In this document: positions 62,680 to 64,000 of the stretch, piece by piece
Position numbering within the stretch: position 1 is the stretch's first letter
Layout: each line of letters starts with the position of its first letter
Origin: Vitrella brassicaformis CCMP3155
Taxonomy: Eukaryota; Protista; Chromerida
Assembly (NCBI GenBank): GCA_001179505.1
Contig: CDMY01000337.1
Location: 1-64,000, forward strand
DNA: 64,000 nucleotides
Reading direction: 5' to 3'
Notes under the pieces: model-generated
Told to the model about the DNA's origin: nothing
Databases searched by the model: none
What the model saw: the letters and a program-made list of their open reading frames with translations, nothing else
Made by a program: the position numbers and the translations under genes

Positions 62680-64000
62680 TCAGCAGCTCTTCTCTGGCTT
62701 GACGTCGGTGATATGCGGGCCGTCTAGGTCGTCTCGATCATTGTCCTCAAACATGAAGCTGACGACACACAATACACACCATATGGCATTCAAATGTATG
62801 TGTATGCTGCCCCCATGGCATGTCAGTCTGTGGGCATGTACGTGCGGTGACCGACTCCCTCCCTCCCTCCCTCCCTCACCCGTAGTATACGAGCTGTGAT
62901 CCCTTGCCGCAGGTCGGGTCGTGTCTGTCGGACGGCACCTCGAACCCCATCAGACGCAGTGCCACCGTCTTGTTCTTGACACACGCAAACAGACGCTCCT
63001 GACCACCACACAATCACACACACACATACACACACGCGCACAGAGGGCATGGTACCATGTTTGGCGGTGTCGTCTGCGCTAGTGTGGTCTGACTTTGTTT
63101 TCGGTGTATGGGTGAGCGGATGTCTCGATGACGCTGTCATTGTCGTCGACGTCCACCAGTTCCATGTCGATGTCAGCCGCCTGCAGGTCGGGCATCTCAT
63201 GGTTCTCGTCAAACCTGGCATTACCACCACACACACACACACATTTGATGTGGCTGATCGGGCCTCCATCTCTCTCTCTGTGGTGAAGTTCAGATGCATA
63301 CCAGTAAGCGACGGCCTTGAAGATATCGACATCTTCGGAGATCTTCTTGCCCTCGTTGATCTCGAGCGTGAACTGCTCCCCGTGGTCGATGCAGGTCTTG
63401 CCCATCATGACCTGCCACGGCGAGTCCATCCCGTCGCTCGTCCACAGCCGCATGTTGAGCACACCCGCGCCCCACAACGGAGAGAACCCATTCTTCATCT
63501 GCAGCTCGCCTCTCTCGCCAGACCGCCCGTCGCCCATCAGCAAAAAGGCCGTGTAGAGCGTCCCGGGGTCCGTCCAGAAGTTCTTGACCCCAAACAGACC
63601 ACCCGCATCGGTCGTCGTCCCGTTGGCCGGCGCCCTCTCCTCTGTCGAATTGTTGTCGCCGTTTTCGCCTTTGTAGTTCCAGGCCATGTCGAGGAAAGTC
63701 GTCATGGCGCCCGCAACCACAGGGGCGGCGAATGACGTCCCGCCAGCGGAGAAGTCAAAGCTGTCATAGAGGTCGGGCATCGACGAGAAGGCCCCCTGGG
63801 CACTGATGTCGACGACCGACCGGTTGGGGCCGTCTCCGCGTGACGAGTAGGCCCTCATCTCCTTGGACTGACACCTCGGCCCGAATTTGTCCTTGTCGCT
63901 GTCAGGGCCCAGTGAGCCGACCGAGAAGATGGTGTGGCCTGCCGGGCGGGTGGTGGTGCACGCGCAGTCACGGGCGTCACATTCGTGCCCCCCGTTGCCC
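62680..64000 (-). CDS. Subtilisin-like S8 serine protease, C-terminal half (5' part beyond the window)
   Basis: Oxyanion GNGG at the window edge, FSVGS, AYSSRG, catalytic GTSFAAPVVAG; further exons ending VYY|AFMFEDNDRDDLDGP…SC-stop. Confidence 0.88.

Noticed and set aside
1-64000. tRNA, rRNA, snRNA genes, CRISPR arrays and dinoflagellate spliced-leader relics
   Set aside because: None recognised by eye; small ncRNAs such as snoRNAs could be missed without a covariance-model search.

Overview
Intron-rich eukaryotic nuclear DNA. Short GT-AG introns packed with (TG)n/(TGTC)n microsatellites, an apicomplexan-type uL14 N-terminus (MKRGRGG) and several signal+transit-peptide proteins point to a photosynthetic alveolate, most likely the chromerid Vitrella brassicaformis (inference, not verified). 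About 19 spliced protein-coding genes: RPL23/uL14, PUS7/TruD, MATE transporter, SmG, DCN1, a PPR-EngB-SAP GTPase, NOP53, NMD3, a NOVA-like triple-KH protein, NDH-2, a leucine-zipper-LOV photoreceptor, a GAR-like protein, a partial subtilase and several unknowns. Most are in tight head-to-head pairs. There are three non-LTR retrotransposon pieces from two related families, three 300-N assembly gaps and a ~9 kb gene-free microsatellite-rich stretch. The most notable observations are: (1) a 9-mer TGCGAGCTW found seven times, always just upstream of a predicted start codon; (2) a zipper-LOV protein lacking a bZIP basic region; (3) two independent LINE insertions 16 bp apart whose TSDs match the (AACC)n tail; (4) a PPR-EngB-SAP fusion with a likely plastid leader; (5) a secreted protein with a synonymously diverged but amino-acid-identical repeat; (6) a telo-box plus GGCCCA promoter at SmG. 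Exon boundaries were read by eye; gene coordinates span first to last coding base and include introns. No tRNA, rRNA or CRISPR was recognised.
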